Source of the DNA: Rhodothermales bacterium
GTDB lineage: Bacteria; Bacteroidota; Rhodothermia; Rhodothermales; Bin80
Reading direction: 5' to 3'
Assembly (NCBI GenBank): GCA_951812585.1
Contig: OX638318.1
Location: 2,795,978-2,859,977 of the forward strand
Length of the DNA stretch: 64,000 bases
Within the stretch, counting starts at the first letter, position 1. Each line of letters opens with the position of its first letter. Below are positions 37,060 to 47,167 of this stretch, one piece after another. A program made the translations under genes and the position numbers. The notes beneath the pieces were generated by a model. The model saw nothing but the letters and a program-made list of their open reading frames with translations, was not told where the DNA came from and ran no database searches.

Positions 37060-39879
37060 CTACCAGTGCAGGCGCAGGGAGAGCGACAGGATGCGTCCGA
37101 TAAGATTCTTGCTCTCTATGATCAGGTCGGACGTTTCTTCAAAGGAATCATCTGGCAAGTCTATCACGGGCACCGTGGAGATTTCCCTCAGGAAAAGTTC
37201 GGCCTGATTCTTCCGATTCAGCACATTGAGCACATCCACGCTGAAGTGGAGGGTGGATGAACTGACGTTGAATTGGTAGGCCAGGCCAAGGTCCAGTTGC
37301 TTCAGCGGACTTAATTGGTGCTGCTCCGAAGTGGGTTCGCGGAAATCAACACCCCCAAAGGTCAGACCCTGGGCCGCGTCTGTTGCCAGGTAGTCGTAGT
37401 AGGGCTTTCGAAATCCCCAAACGCGGCCCCAGACGCCGCGCCAGCGTCCGCTTGCCTCCAAGTTTCGGAACATCGTCACCTTGCCATCAAGGTGAAGCCG
37501 CTGGGGCTCGCTCCACGGCACCGGGACCATGCGGATATTGCCGCCGCGAAAGGCGTACTCGCGCTCTGCGATGTTGTGCTCATACCGTGCACTGAGGCGC
37601 AAGCGTGCAGATTCTCTTTCCAGCACAAACGCTGTCCCGTAGGCGTAGCCTTTGGCCAGCGCCACAAAGTCGGATTGCGACGTAAGGTCCTTCGCCTCGG
37701 TGCCGACTGTTTCCTGGTTCTCCGGCTGCCAGAGCCGCGGGTAGTCTATCCTGAATACGCGCGGCTGATCCTTGTAGTACCCTTCTACGCGCACCGACCA
37801 GTGGTCCCAAAACTCCATCCCCACATCCGCTGTCAGGTGGTAGCTCTTGGGGGGTGGGAGCGTCTCGTCCACCGGCAACCAGACACGCGTGGAAGATATC
37901 AGCGTGCTCGGGCTGATGGTGGATACGTCGAACAAGTTCAAGAACTGGTAATAAAGTCCCCCGGCCAGTCGCGTAACAATGACGCCGCGCCTGCCGGTCC
38001 GAAGGCGCGATTCCAAGCGAAGGCGCGGCTCAGCATAGACTTGTTCGCGCGCGCGCAGATAGGTCATCCGCAGGCCACCAGTGATGTCAATGCCCGGGAG
38101 CGCGGTTAGCACCTCTTCAGCGTACATCGCCAGGCTGGTGGCCCTGCGCTCATGGCGCAAGCCCTGTGGAAAGATGTCACGCACCACGAAGCGGTGATCG
38201 CTCATCATGTATTCCAGCGATGCCGCAAACTTGCCCCCCGCATGCGTGACCTCCACGACCTGCTCCAGTCCAACTTCACTGATATTATTGCCATCCTCGG
38301 CGGGCGTCAGCTCAATGAAAAGGCGCTCGCCGACCGGAAGGACGCGCGCATCGTCGCGGTCCAGACCCGCGTACTTGTGACTCAGCTTGTAGCTGCTGCC
38401 CCGGAATTTGGTGCTCAGCAGCACGCTTGGCGAAGCCTGCAAGGACCAGGACAGCTCGCCAGTGACGTTGACCCAGTCGTATGCATCAGGCCGAGGTATG
38501 GACTCATCGTCTTCCAGCAAGGAGGTGATCAGGTGCCGCCCGTGCAGCTTGTTGCCGCCGCGGTAGAATGAAGCGCGTAGCCAGTTGTCGTCAAACAGCA
38601 CCTGCCCCGCCAGATGGAAGTCGTCAAAAGCGATTTGCGGCAGCGCCGGGGGCGGGACCTCCGAGAGATTATCGGTCCATAACTTGTACAGGTCCGGCCT
38701 GAGCTTCTTGAGCGGATACATGCTGGCCCGAAAGAGGAAGAGGTCGGGCTCACTCCAGCTCAGCAGAAGTTTGTCGACACTGCTGCTGCGAATACCCGAC
38801 CACCAGCCGTTCCATACGCTCGTGCGATACGCCGCCATCAGCGTGGACCGGTACGCACGGCCGTTGCCCACCCGAAGGTTTACGCGACCGTTGAAGCTAA
38901 AGGGATCAACATGCACATCCAGCACCGTGCCCAATGTATCGATGAACGCATGCTCTGCACGTACGACGCCGGAGAGGTAGCTGCCTTGAGACGCCTCAAA
39001 TCCTGCCTTGTGCACGGTGACTTTTTCCAGGGCAAAGGGGTTGAAGCCACCCACGCCGAAGACATGAACCGGATTGAAGACCTTGCTGCCACCCAGATAG
39101 AACTGATGTTCACCGAAGTTGCCACCCTGAATGTGCAAATCGGCCGACTTTTCGTCCATGGAAACCCCCGGAATACCTCCGAGATTGCGAATGACATCCG
39201 AAATGCCCACTCCCATGGGCCTGCTTAGCGCCGGTCCTTGGACCAGATCCATGCGCATAAGCTGCGACGCGAAAAGCTCCATGCCCCAAACTTCTATAGG
39301 CTCGTACTCGATGGGCATCGGCACCAGACTTGCCTCCATCAGCTGATGTGCGCCTGGAGTGAGCAGGAGCACCTCCGATTTAGACGCGTAGCCAATGTAC
39401 CGGTAAACCAGCGTCATATTGCCGGCTGTCACATTCTCCAGCGTGAAACGGCCGTGCTGGTCGGTCGCCGTGCCATAGGGCGTCCCTTTGATGGTGATGG
39501 TCGCAAAGCGCAGCGGCTGCCGCGTCTCAGCGTCCAGCACTACTCCGGAAATCGTACCATGACGCGTCTCTGACGGGCGCAGCCCTATGGTGCCGCTTTC
39601 CAGGCGGTAAGCAACGATGCCAGTGCCGACCAGCAGGACTGCGAGGTCGTCTTCCGCGTTCTGCCTTTCCGGTTTGGACCAAGCCGTCCACCGGTTCTCC
39701 ATCAGTGCGGCGTCGTACGCCAGGTCCACACCCCAGATGTTCTGGTAATCCACCAGAGCATCGTGAAGTGAGGTATAGTAGCTGGTCTGAGCCTGGGAAT
39801 ACGCCGGCGAGGCGCACGCAATAAGCGCCGCACCCAGTACCAACAGCCATGACCCTTTCAAGCGAAAAAGCACAGGCAA
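37060..39879 (-). CDS. TonB-dependent receptor with N-terminal signalling and carboxypeptidase-like domains
   Basis: GTISGVVLDAETRQPL, GTATDQHGRF, plug region PGVS and a C-terminal beta-strand ending in W; downstream of fecR. The start codon is uncertain. Confidence 0.85.
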   Translation of the reverse strand: MPVLFRLKGSWLLVLGAALIACASPAYSQAQTSYYTSLHDALVDYQNIWGVDLAYDAALMENRWTAWSKPERQNAEDDLAVLLVGTGIVAYRLESGTIGLRPSETRHGTISGVVLDAETRQPLRFATITIKGTPYGTATDQHGRFTLENVTAGNMTLVYRYIGYASKSEVLLLTPGAHQLMEASLVPMPIEYEPIEVWGMELFASQLMRMDLVQGPALSRPMGVGISDVIRNLGGIPGVSMDEKSADLHIQGGNFGEHQFYLGGSKVFNPVHVFGVGGFNPFALEKVTVHKAGFEASQGSYLSGVVRAEHAFIDTLGTVLDVHVDPFSFNGRVNLRVGNGRAYRSTLMAAYRTSVWNGWWSGIRSSSVDKLLLSWSEPDLFLFRASMYPLKKLRPDLYKLWTDNLSEVPPPALPQIAFDDFHLAGQVLFDDNWLRASFYRGGNKLHGRHLITSLLEDDESIPRPDAYDWVNVTGELSWSLQASPSVLLSTKFRGSSYKLSHKYAGLDRDDARVLPVGERLFIELTPAEDGNNISEVGLEQVVEVTHAGGKFAASLEYMMSDHRFVVRDIFPQGLRHERRATSLAMYAEEVLTALPGIDITGGLRMTYLRAREQVYAEPRLRLESRLRTGRRGVIVTRLAGGLYYQFLNLFDVSTISPSTLISSTRVWLPVDETLPPPKSYHLTADVGMEFWDHWSVRVEGYYKDQPRVFRIDYPRLWQPENQETVGTEAKDLTSQSDFVALAKGYAYGTAFVLERESARLRLSARYEHNIAEREYAFRGGNIRMVPVPWSEPQRLHLDGKVTMFRNLEASGRWRGVWGRVWGFRKPYYDYLATDAAQGLTFGGVDFREPTSEQHQLSPLKQLDLGLAYQFNVSSSTLHFSVDVLNVLNRKNQAELFLREISTVPVIDLPDDSFEETSDLIIESKNLIGRILSLSLRLHW

Positions 39880-39943
39880 AAAAAAGCCTGGTTCAGGAAC
39901 CGCAGTCCCTGCACCAGGCTCTTTAACGGCTAACGGACGCTCA

Positions 39944-40957
39944 CTAGAGCGGCGTTATACGAAATGCCCTACCGTCAGGGTCTACGGTGTACGTACAACC
40001 GTGTAACTCACAAAGGTCGTCAAGGATCTGTTCCGGCCCTTCGGGATTCTCCAGAAGGATGCCGCTACGGGTCCTCTCCATATCTTCTACACCGACCTGG
40101 ATGTCAATATCGTATCTGCGCTCAAGTTCTTCCAGAATATCGCCTGTGCTGTGGTCGGAAAACTTGAAGCTGCTGCGCGGCCACGACAGCAGGTTTTCGG
40201 CGTCGGTGCTGCTCTTTGCCAGGTAAGTCCGACCGCCTTTGCCCAGCCGTACAGCTTCTCCTGCTGCCAGTGCGATCTCATCACCCGATTTGGATCTGAC
40301 CAGCACGAGGCCAGATTCCACCGCCACATCAGTGCCGTTTTCAGCGTCCGAGGGCCAATATCGCACATTGAACGTGGTGCCTACCACATTGATTTCACCA
40401 TGCGGCGTGTGCACGGCAAAGAGTGCGTCTGATTCCTCCACATCAAACAGTACTTCGCCGCGCATTATCCGAATGCTTCGGGCGTTCTTGTTGTAGTTCG
40501 GGGCAATGCGTATGCGCGTGCCGCTGTTGAGAAGCATGGTGCTGCCATCGGACAGCGTATGGGTTACCTGTTCGCCAAAGGGTGCTTCAATCGTATTGCT
40601 GTCTACTGTGATGCCGATGGCAAGGAGAATAGCCACACACGCAGCGATGGCTGTGTAGCCCTTCCATGGGTGGAGCTGATAGAGGCGTGCCTGTCGGAAG
40701 GGGAGTGCAAAAATCCGCGCTTTGGATTTTGCTGCAGGGAGTGCTCCAACGGTGCGCAATGCCACACGCATCTCGTCGGCGGCCTGGGTAATCCAAGCCT
40801 CATCCGCGGCGCCAGGTGGCAGGTCGGGGATGTCAACGTCACAGCCAGATGCCTCCATCCACACCCGCTCATGCGCATCGATTTCGTCGGGTGTGAACGC
40901 TGCCCAGATATCCGGGGGCAGCGCGCGACCGGGATCGCTGTTCTTCATGGGCTTCAA
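39944..40957 (-). CDS. fecR: FecR family anti-sigma factor
   Basis: TM segment, LSDGSTMLLNSGT, GEVLFDV, VVGTTFNV and LEELERRY. Confidence 0.88.
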   Translation of the reverse strand: MKPMKNSDPGRALPPDIWAAFTPDEIDAHERVWMEASGCDVDIPDLPPGAADEAWITQAADEMRVALRTVGALPAAKSKARIFALPFRQARLYQLHPWKGYTAIAACVAILLAIGITVDSNTIEAPFGEQVTHTLSDGSTMLLNSGTRIRIAPNYNKNARSIRIMRGEVLFDVEESDALFAVHTPHGEINVVGTTFNVRYWPSDAENGTDVAVESGLVLVRSKSGDEIALAAGEAVRLGKGGRTYLAKSSTDAENLLSWPRSSFKFSDHSTGDILEELERRYDIDIQVGVEDMERTRSGILLENPEGPEQILDDLCELHGCTYTVDPDGRAFRITPL

Positions 40958-41532
40958 GAGTCTAGTCCGCCTAAGCGCCCACGCAAATAGCGCAGCGCAA
41001 GCACGATGTGGGTATTGACCGTACGTGAGGTCAAATTCATTTCCTTTGCAATCTCTGCATGCGTGAGCCCGTGAAAGCGGCTAAGCACGAATGCTTCGCG
41101 GCGGCGTGGAGGCAGCTCGTCAATGAACTGCTTGATGTACTTCTCTCGCATGCTCGCATCGAGTCGCATCGCAGCTGACGGGTTGCCATCGTCAATGCCG
41201 TACAGCGGCAAGGGATCGCTAGCGTTGCGCGCGGACCGGATGTAATTCAGCGACAGGTTGCGGACGATGGTGTACATCAATGACTTCAGCGAGCGCTTCG
41301 GATCAATTGTTGCGCGGACCTGCCACAGTTTTAAGAACGCGTCCTGCACGACATCGCGCGCGGCCTCCCGATTGCCGGTGAAGCGTTCCGCATATCGCAG
41401 TAGGGGAGCGTGCATGACATTAAACAGTTCGGAAAAAGCCCGCTGGCCTGAATTCCTGATGTGCTCGCCCCAGTTAGCGAACACCTCGTCATCATGTCGT
41501 TGCGGTCTCTGTTCCTGTTCTCGTCGCTTCAA
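40954..41532 (-). CDS. ECF RNA polymerase sigma-70 factor
   Basis: ARDVVQDAFLKLW, RNLSLN and LPPRRREAFVLSRFHGLTHAEIA. Confidence 0.92.
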   Translation of the reverse strand: MKRREQEQRPQRHDDEVFANWGEHIRNSGQRAFSELFNVMHAPLLRYAERFTGNREAARDVVQDAFLKLWQVRATIDPKRSLKSLMYTIVRNLSLNYIRSARNASDPLPLYGIDDGNPSAAMRLDASMREKYIKQFIDELPPRRREAFVLSRFHGLTHAEIAKEMNLTSRTVNTHIVLALRYLRGRLGGLDS

Positions 41533-41674
41533 CGGGTTGGTGCGTCTGAAAGTGGTACACTAGAGCCTAAATCCATAGCGTAGCACTTAAAGTGATTCAT
41601 TAGATAGGAAGCGCGCCGCGCACATGTCCACGCAGTTTGCGCCTGCTTCGCCCGCGCAGCGGGCAAATCAGGCG

Positions 41675-43030
41675 CTACGCGATCAGCACCCCCGCGATTG
41701 TGGCCGTCATCATGTTCGCAAGCGTGCCAGCAAGGACGGCTTTGGGGCCGAGCGAGGCCAAGAGCGGTTTCTGGGACGGGGCCAAAGGCCCAATGCCGCC
41801 AATCATGATTGCAATAGATGAAAAGTTCGCGAAGCCGCAGAGCGCAAAGGTGGCCATCACGACCGTCTTGGGATCCAGCCCACCCGTGGCTATGTGGCCC
41901 GAGAGTTGCATATAGGCAACAAACTCGTTGGCCACAATAGAGATTCCGACCATCGATCCGAAGTCGGTGACATCGGCCAAGGGAACGCCCATGGCCCAGG
42001 CCACGGGTGCAAATCCCCAGCCCAGCACCTGTCCCAGCGTAAGTTCGGCTCCGAAGAGGCCTGCAACCCACCCCAAAAAGAAATCCAGCATGGCGATCAG
42101 CGCCAGGAAGGCGATCAGCATGGCGGCGATGTTGAGCGCCAGCTTCAGGCCATCCCCCGCCCCGGCGGCGGCGGCATCAATTAGGTTTTTGGACTCTGTG
42201 GCGGCAAACGCGGCGCTCTCGCCGTGGGTTACGGGCGTAGCCGTCTCGGGGACCATGATCTTGGCGATCACCAATGCCGCTGGAGCCGCCATCAGACTGG
42301 CTCCCAGAAGATGCTCCGCGAAGTGCAACTGCGCTTGGCCGATGGCGATGCCTTCAGCCGCAGCGTAGGAGGCCCCCAGGAACAGGATGTAGGCCGCCAT
42401 CACACCGCCGGCGATGGTGGCCATTCCGCCCGCCATCACGGCCATCACCTCGGACCGCGTCATGTCCTTCAGGTAAGGGCGAATGGCCAGCGGCGCCTCC
42501 GTCTGTCCGATGAAGATGTTGGCGACCGCGGAAAGCGACTCTGCGCCGCTGGTGCCGAGCGCCTTGCGCACCAGGCGCGCCATCACATTCACGGTGCGTT
42601 GCATGATGCCCAGATGGTACAGCACGGCCATCAGCGAGCCGAAGAAGATGATCGTAGGCAGTACCTGAAAGGCGAAAGCGCTGCCCCAACTCTGGCCCGT
42701 CACCAATGGGGTACCGGGTGCCATGCCCCCGTCTGGCGTCCGTGCCAGGTCGCCGAAAACAAACTCCGCACCGGCGGCCGTGAAGCTGAGCACATGTACG
42801 AACAGAGAGCTGATCCAGGTGAACACCATCTTGGGCCAGCCCAGCGGTGCCCACGCAGCACCCATCTGGCTTCCCTGCAGAATGAAGACCGCAAGAAAGA
42901 GTTGGATGCCCACGCCCCAGAGCACCATGCGCCATGGCGTCTTGCGGCGGTTCTCTGAGACCAGTAACGCAACGGCTAGGATCACCGCTAGTCCAAGTGC
43001 GGCGCGAAGTGACGAAACGAGTATTTCCAT
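41675..43030 (-). CDS. nupC: NupC/NupG family CNT nucleoside transporter
   Basis: AFQVLPTIIFF, NIFIGQTEAP, GGMATIAG, NEFVAY and FALCGFANFSS. Confidence 0.92.
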   Translation of the reverse strand: MEILVSSLRAALGLAVILAVALLVSENRRKTPWRMVLWGVGIQLFLAVFILQGSQMGAAWAPLGWPKMVFTWISSLFVHVLSFTAAGAEFVFGDLARTPDGGMAPGTPLVTGQSWGSAFAFQVLPTIIFFGSLMAVLYHLGIMQRTVNVMARLVRKALGTSGAESLSAVANIFIGQTEAPLAIRPYLKDMTRSEVMAVMAGGMATIAGGVMAAYILFLGASYAAAEGIAIGQAQLHFAEHLLGASLMAAPAALVIAKIMVPETATPVTHGESAAFAATESKNLIDAAAAGAGDGLKLALNIAAMLIAFLALIAMLDFFLGWVAGLFGAELTLGQVLGWGFAPVAWAMGVPLADVTDFGSMVGISIVANEFVAYMQLSGHIATGGLDPKTVVMATFALCGFANFSSIAIMIGGIGPLAPSQKPLLASLGPKAVLAGTLANMMTATIAGVLIA

Positions 43031-43294
43031 TGAAGACGAGGCTGTCTGGCGGCTAAAATACGCAGTTGCAGCCTATCTTCAGGGGCCGCACCATGCCAGC
43101 GGCGTATCGTGCGGATGCCTGCTTATCTTTGGGGCTTCAGATACGCAATTGCGCGCCTACTGTCCTGTTGTCCTGTGCAGCGATGTTCCAAGGGCGCAGG
43201 CATCGGTTAGGCATGGGATTTGTGCCATTGGTCCCTTGCGCAGGGCCGCCCACACCGGCTCACAATGCCGTGCGTGAAGGATAGACATGAACGT

Positions 43295-43340
43295 ATACAT
43301 ACATATCAATGGGTATATGCATTCATTGATATGTATGTAT
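43295..43340. promoter_or_regulatory. Perfect 17-bp AT-rich inverted repeat in the divergent nupC/pcrA intergenic region
   Basis: ATACATACATATCAATG (43295-43311), a 12-nt spacer, then CATTGATATGTATGTAT (43324-43340). Confidence 0.55.
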
Positions 43341-43366
43341 GTAATCAATTATTTAATAAACAGTAA

Positions 43367-45649
43367 ATGAGCGAATTGGCGAGCAACAGGGACGCGGAGC
43401 GCATCCTGCGCGACCTTAATGACAGGCAGAAGGAAGCAGTGCGATGCACATCAGGGCCGCTCCTGGTCATTGCGGGGCCTGGTTCCGGCAAGACCCGCGC
43501 GCTGACAGCGCGGGTGGCGTACCTTATCGCGGTCCGGGCGGCGTGGCCGAGTCAGATTCTTGCGCTGACCTTCACCAACAAGGCGGCGCGGGAAATGCAG
43601 CGGCGCGTGCTGGCGCTCTTGCCGCGCGGCGCGGGCCAGGGCATCGCGATGGGAACGTTTCATTCGGTGATGGCACGCCTGCTGCGAAGGGAACTGCGTG
43701 ACGGCTGGCTTCCGGGGTATACGAACAGGTTTGCCATCTACGATAAGGATGACTCGTTGCGCGTAATCCGGCAGCTCATGGACGAGCATAACATTGACAA
43801 AAAGTCCATTAACCCGAACAGTGTGGCGGCCATCATTTCGCGCGCAAAGAACGCGATGATAGCGCCCGGGCAGTTCGAGCAGAATGCCCGGACGCCAATC
43901 GAAAAGCAGGTAGCAAAGCTCTATCACCCCTACCTGGAGACGCTGCATCGCGCAGACGCCATGGACTTTGACGACCTGCTGCTGAAGCCCCTGGAACTCT
44001 TCAGAAGCTGCCCGCCCGTGCTGGAAAAATATCAGCAGCGATGGCGGCACGTTCATATAGACGAGTACCAAGACACCAACCGCGTGCAGTACCTGCTCTC
44101 GCACGCCATATCCCAGGACCATCGGAACATCTGCGTGGTCGGCGACGATGCGCAGAGCATCTATTCCTTTCGCGGGGCTGACATGCGCAACATACTGGAC
44201 TTCAATAAGGACTATCCTGATGCCAAGGTGGTTCGCCTCGAGCAGAACTACCGCTCTACGCAGACGATCGTCCGCTTGGCGGATTCGATTATCAAGGGCA
44301 ACACGAATCAGCTTAAGAAGAACCTGTGGACGCAGAATGATCCGGGAGATCGGGTTGTGCTGATCGATGCGCTTAATGGCGTGATGGAAGCCAACAAAGC
44401 GACCGACTGCATCCGGTCGCACCGGCAGCGGAACGCGTACGCTTACAAGGACTTCGCCATCCTGTATCGAACCAACGCGCAGAGCCGCCCCTTTGAAGAT
44501 TCTCTCCGGGCGAAGGGCGTACCGTACCGCGTGGTTGGCGGCACCTCGTTCTATCAGCGTAAGGAAGTCAAGGATGCGTTGGCGTACCTGCGACTGATGG
44601 TAAATACCGACGATCAGGTCAATCTCTTCCGCATCATCAACTACCCGACGCGAGCTATTGGTCTCAAGACGCAGGAAAAGCTCCGTTCTTACGCACGCTT
44701 CAATGGCATCAGCGCTTGGGAAGCATTGGAGCAGTGCGGGAACATGCCGGTAGGCACCCGCGCCAGCAATGCGCTTAAGAGGTTTCGCGATCTCATCACA
44801 AGGCATAGAGCGCAGCTTTCCAGCAGTCCGCCTGATGAGGTCGCGCGACGGCTGCTTACACGGGCCAACCTCTTCATGGATCTCAACAAGGATTCCACCG
44901 ACCGCGGCGTGATGCGGGTGCAGAACGTCCAGGAGGTCATAAGCGCCATCAAGGAGCACATGGACAAAGATGCAGAACACACGCTGAGCACCTATCTGCA
45001 GTCCATCGCGCTCTTAACTGATGCCGACGAAGGGCAGGACGATGACGACCGGGTTACGCTGATGACGCTGCACGCTTCCAAGGGGCTGGAGTTCAAGGTG
45101 GTGTTCATCGGCGGGTTGGAGGAAGGGCTGTTTCCAACGTATCGGGCCATCCACAGTCCCGGTCCGAATGCAATAGAAGAAGAGCGCCGCCTGTTCTATG
45201 TAGGCGTCACGCGCGCCGAGCGACACCTGTACCTTGCGTGCGCCAGGTCGCGCCTCCGCTTTGGTCGCGTCGAAGATTGCGTGCCCAGCCAGTTTCTGGA
45301 GGAGATTGATACGTCCGTAACACGGCCTGAAGGGACATCGCCGTATGAACGGCGGCCCAAGGCAGGGAGGTCTGCGCGAGGGTACCGGCCACAGCCTTAC
45401 GGCCTGTCATCGCATGGCGACACCTTTACGAATCGGCCGGCCCCGCACAGAGAGGCTACTGGGGGTATGCCCGCAGCACGAATCAAGGACATCAAGCCAG
45501 GCGCGCGCGTCTTGAGCGAAACCTTCGGCACCGGGCGCGTGGTGTCCACCAGCGGCCGCGGTCTCCAGAAAACGGCCACGGTCCAATTTGATACCAGAGG
45601 GCACAAGAAGCTGATGCTGCGCTATGCCAGACTCCGCCTCTTGCGGTAG
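43367..45649 (+). CDS. pcrA: ATP-dependent DNA helicase PcrA/UvrD
   Basis: AGPGSGKT, DEYQDTN, VGDDAQSIYSFRGA, NYRST, TLHASKGLEF and EERRLFYVGVTRA. Confidence 0.95.
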   Translation: MSELASNRDAERILRDLNDRQKEAVRCTSGPLLVIAGPGSGKTRALTARVAYLIAVRAAWPSQILALTFTNKAAREMQRRVLALLPRGAGQGIAMGTFHSVMARLLRRELRDGWLPGYTNRFAIYDKDDSLRVIRQLMDEHNIDKKSINPNSVAAIISRAKNAMIAPGQFEQNARTPIEKQVAKLYHPYLETLHRADAMDFDDLLLKPLELFRSCPPVLEKYQQRWRHVHIDEYQDTNRVQYLLSHAISQDHRNICVVGDDAQSIYSFRGADMRNILDFNKDYPDAKVVRLEQNYRSTQTIVRLADSIIKGNTNQLKKNLWTQNDPGDRVVLIDALNGVMEANKATDCIRSHRQRNAYAYKDFAILYRTNAQSRPFEDSLRAKGVPYRVVGGTSFYQRKEVKDALAYLRLMVNTDDQVNLFRIINYPTRAIGLKTQEKLRSYARFNGISAWEALEQCGNMPVGTRASNALKRFRDLITRHRAQLSSSPPDEVARRLLTRANLFMDLNKDSTDRGVMRVQNVQEVISAIKEHMDKDAEHTLSTYLQSIALLTDADEGQDDDDRVTLMTLHASKGLEFKVVFIGGLEEGLFPTYRAIHSPGPNAIEEERRLFYVGVTRAERHLYLACARSRLRFGRVEDCVPSQFLEEIDTSVTRPEGTSPYERRPKAGRSARGYRPQPYGLSSHGDTFTNRPAPHREATGGMPAARIKDIKPGARVLSETFGTGRVVSTSGRGLQKTATVQFDTRGHKKLMLRYARLRLLR

Positions 45650-45650
45650 T

Positions 45651-46637
45651 CTATGCAGGAGGCGCAAAGCCATCCTTGCCTTCGGTAAAGATGGCCGGGG
45701 GGCAGAGTCGTGAGCGGAGCGCCGCGCGCACCTTTTCATAGTGGGCCCGGTACTGCTTTCTGAACGCCCCAATGCTGCATCCGAGCCTGGAAGCAATAAG
45801 GCGCTGCGCTTCCGCTCGGGTGCTGGCGACAAAGTGCCCGCCGCCAAACTGAAAGTCCTGGCACACAAAGCGGCGGACATTCGTCTCCAGTAGCTGATCC
45901 GCAAAGCGGCGGGCATCTCTGATCAGAAGGAGGGGCGTCAGCGTGATGCAGGCATCAATACCCGCAGCCCGAACCTGTGCGATTGCCGTAAGGCGCCGCC
46001 GGTTACTGGGGCAAAAAGGTTCAAACGTGCGCCGGATGTCCTCGTCATCCGTAGTGATGGTCATGTTGACCTGAACCGTGCCGCCGCTATCCTGGAGTGC
46101 GCCTAACAGGTCCAGGTCCCGGACTATGTCCGGGCTGCGCGTCTGGATTACCAGCACTGGCGCGTGTCGTTTGCACAAGACCGCAAGGAGGCTGCGCGTT
46201 AGCTGCACCGTGCGTTCTACCGGCTGGTAGGGATCCGTGACGCTGCTCATGTAGATGCGCTTACCATCCAAGGTGCCGTCGCGGCGTTTGGCAAGCGTAT
46301 CCACTGCATTGCGCTTGACCGTTACCCAGTATCCCCAGGAATCACGGGCTGCTCTTGACCGCGAAAAGAACGCGGCATAGCAGTATGTGCAGCCGAAGGA
46401 GCAGCCCGCATACGGGTTGAGGGAGTAGTCGTACGCCTTAAGGTAGCCCGATGTACGCGTGAGAATGTCGCGCGTCTGCCCGTAGGCGATGGACGCGTGT
46501 CCAACCTTATGCGGCGCGGCGCCCTCGGCCTTGTTATCCGGCGCGCGCGTCAGTGCTCGCTGCCAGCCGGCAGGTACTGGTCGGGAATCGGCAAGTCCGG
46601 CCATTCCGGTTGCCATGCGACAGAGTGGATCCACCAC
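45651..46637 (-). CDS. Radical SAM protein, spore photoproduct lyase-like (SPL/Rv2578c) family
   Basis: LNPYAGCSFGCTYCYA CxxxCxxC motif, SSVTDPYQPVE and FEP. The true start is probably near 46550. Confidence 0.85.
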   Translation of the reverse strand: MVDPLCRMATGMAGLADSRPVPAGWQRALTRAPDNKAEGAAPHKVGHASIAYGQTRDILTRTSGYLKAYDYSLNPYAGCSFGCTYCYAAFFSRSRAARDSWGYWVTVKRNAVDTLAKRRDGTLDGKRIYMSSVTDPYQPVERTVQLTRSLLAVLCKRHAPVLVIQTRSPDIVRDLDLLGALQDSGGTVQVNMTITTDDEDIRRTFEPFCPSNRRRLTAIAQVRAAGIDACITLTPLLLIRDARRFADQLLETNVRRFVCQDFQFGGGHFVASTRAEAQRLIASRLGCSIGAFRKQYRAHYEKVRAALRSRLCPPAIFTEGKDGFAPPA

Positions 46638-47086
46638 CGGCCCTGGCCATACAGGACCTGAATGCTGTTGATGCCTCTCATGAAAGGCGCCTCGTCCTCT
46701 AGGCTGCGGAACGACTCATAGGTGCTGAAGGCATGCACTACGTTGCCGTACCGCTCCGAGGTGCGCGCGGTCTCCACCTCAAAGAAGCCATTGTTTTCGA
46801 AGTAATCGTCCACCCTGTTGATGTACTCTTCTACCGTCCAGGTCATTTGCACTGCGGCACCCGTAGAATCTCGCGCGGTTGGCGTCAGTCGGCATGACGG
46901 CGTTGTCAGCGAGCGCAGACGGTCCCAGTCCCTAGGGCCCGCCGGCCCGGAAATCACATCATACAGTGCGGCTATGATCGCGTCCACTGAGGCCACATCA
47001 GCGGGGTCAGGGACGGGTGCATCCTGGGCGCGTGTACTGTGCGCGGCCAGGCTGATGCACAGCAGCAGGCATAAAAACTTGGGCAT
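46550..47086 (-). CDS. Secreted NTF2-like hypothetical protein
   Basis: Signal peptide MPKFLCLLL...RAQ, YDVISGPAG..RDWDR and RGINSIQ. Confidence 0.75.
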   Translation of the reverse strand: MPKFLCLLLCISLAAHSTRAQDAPVPDPADVASVDAIIAALYDVISGPAGPRDWDRLRSLTTPSCRLTPTARDSTGAAVQMTWTVEEYINRVDDYFENNGFFEVETARTSERYGNVVHAFSTYESFRSLEDEAPFMRGINSIQVLYGQGRWWIHSVAWQPEWPDLPIPDQYLPAGSEH

Positions 47087-47167
47087 TGCAGGGAGGGCGC
47101 TATGGCAAGGATGACGTTTTGGGATGTAGGATGCTGCGGCATCCGTCATGGCTTGCAGGGCATGGCG

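Noticed and set aside
43451-44980. 509-aa antisense ORF, and similar long shadow ORFs at 25587-26852 and 51589-52869
   Set aside because: They lie opposite well-supported genes and have no motifs, which is typical of high-GC codon bias.
45651-46637. Radical SAM RiPP maturase for the Cys-rich peptide
   Set aside because: The motifs are SPL/Rv2578c-like with no SPASM domain, and the gene is about 10 kb away among housekeeping genes.
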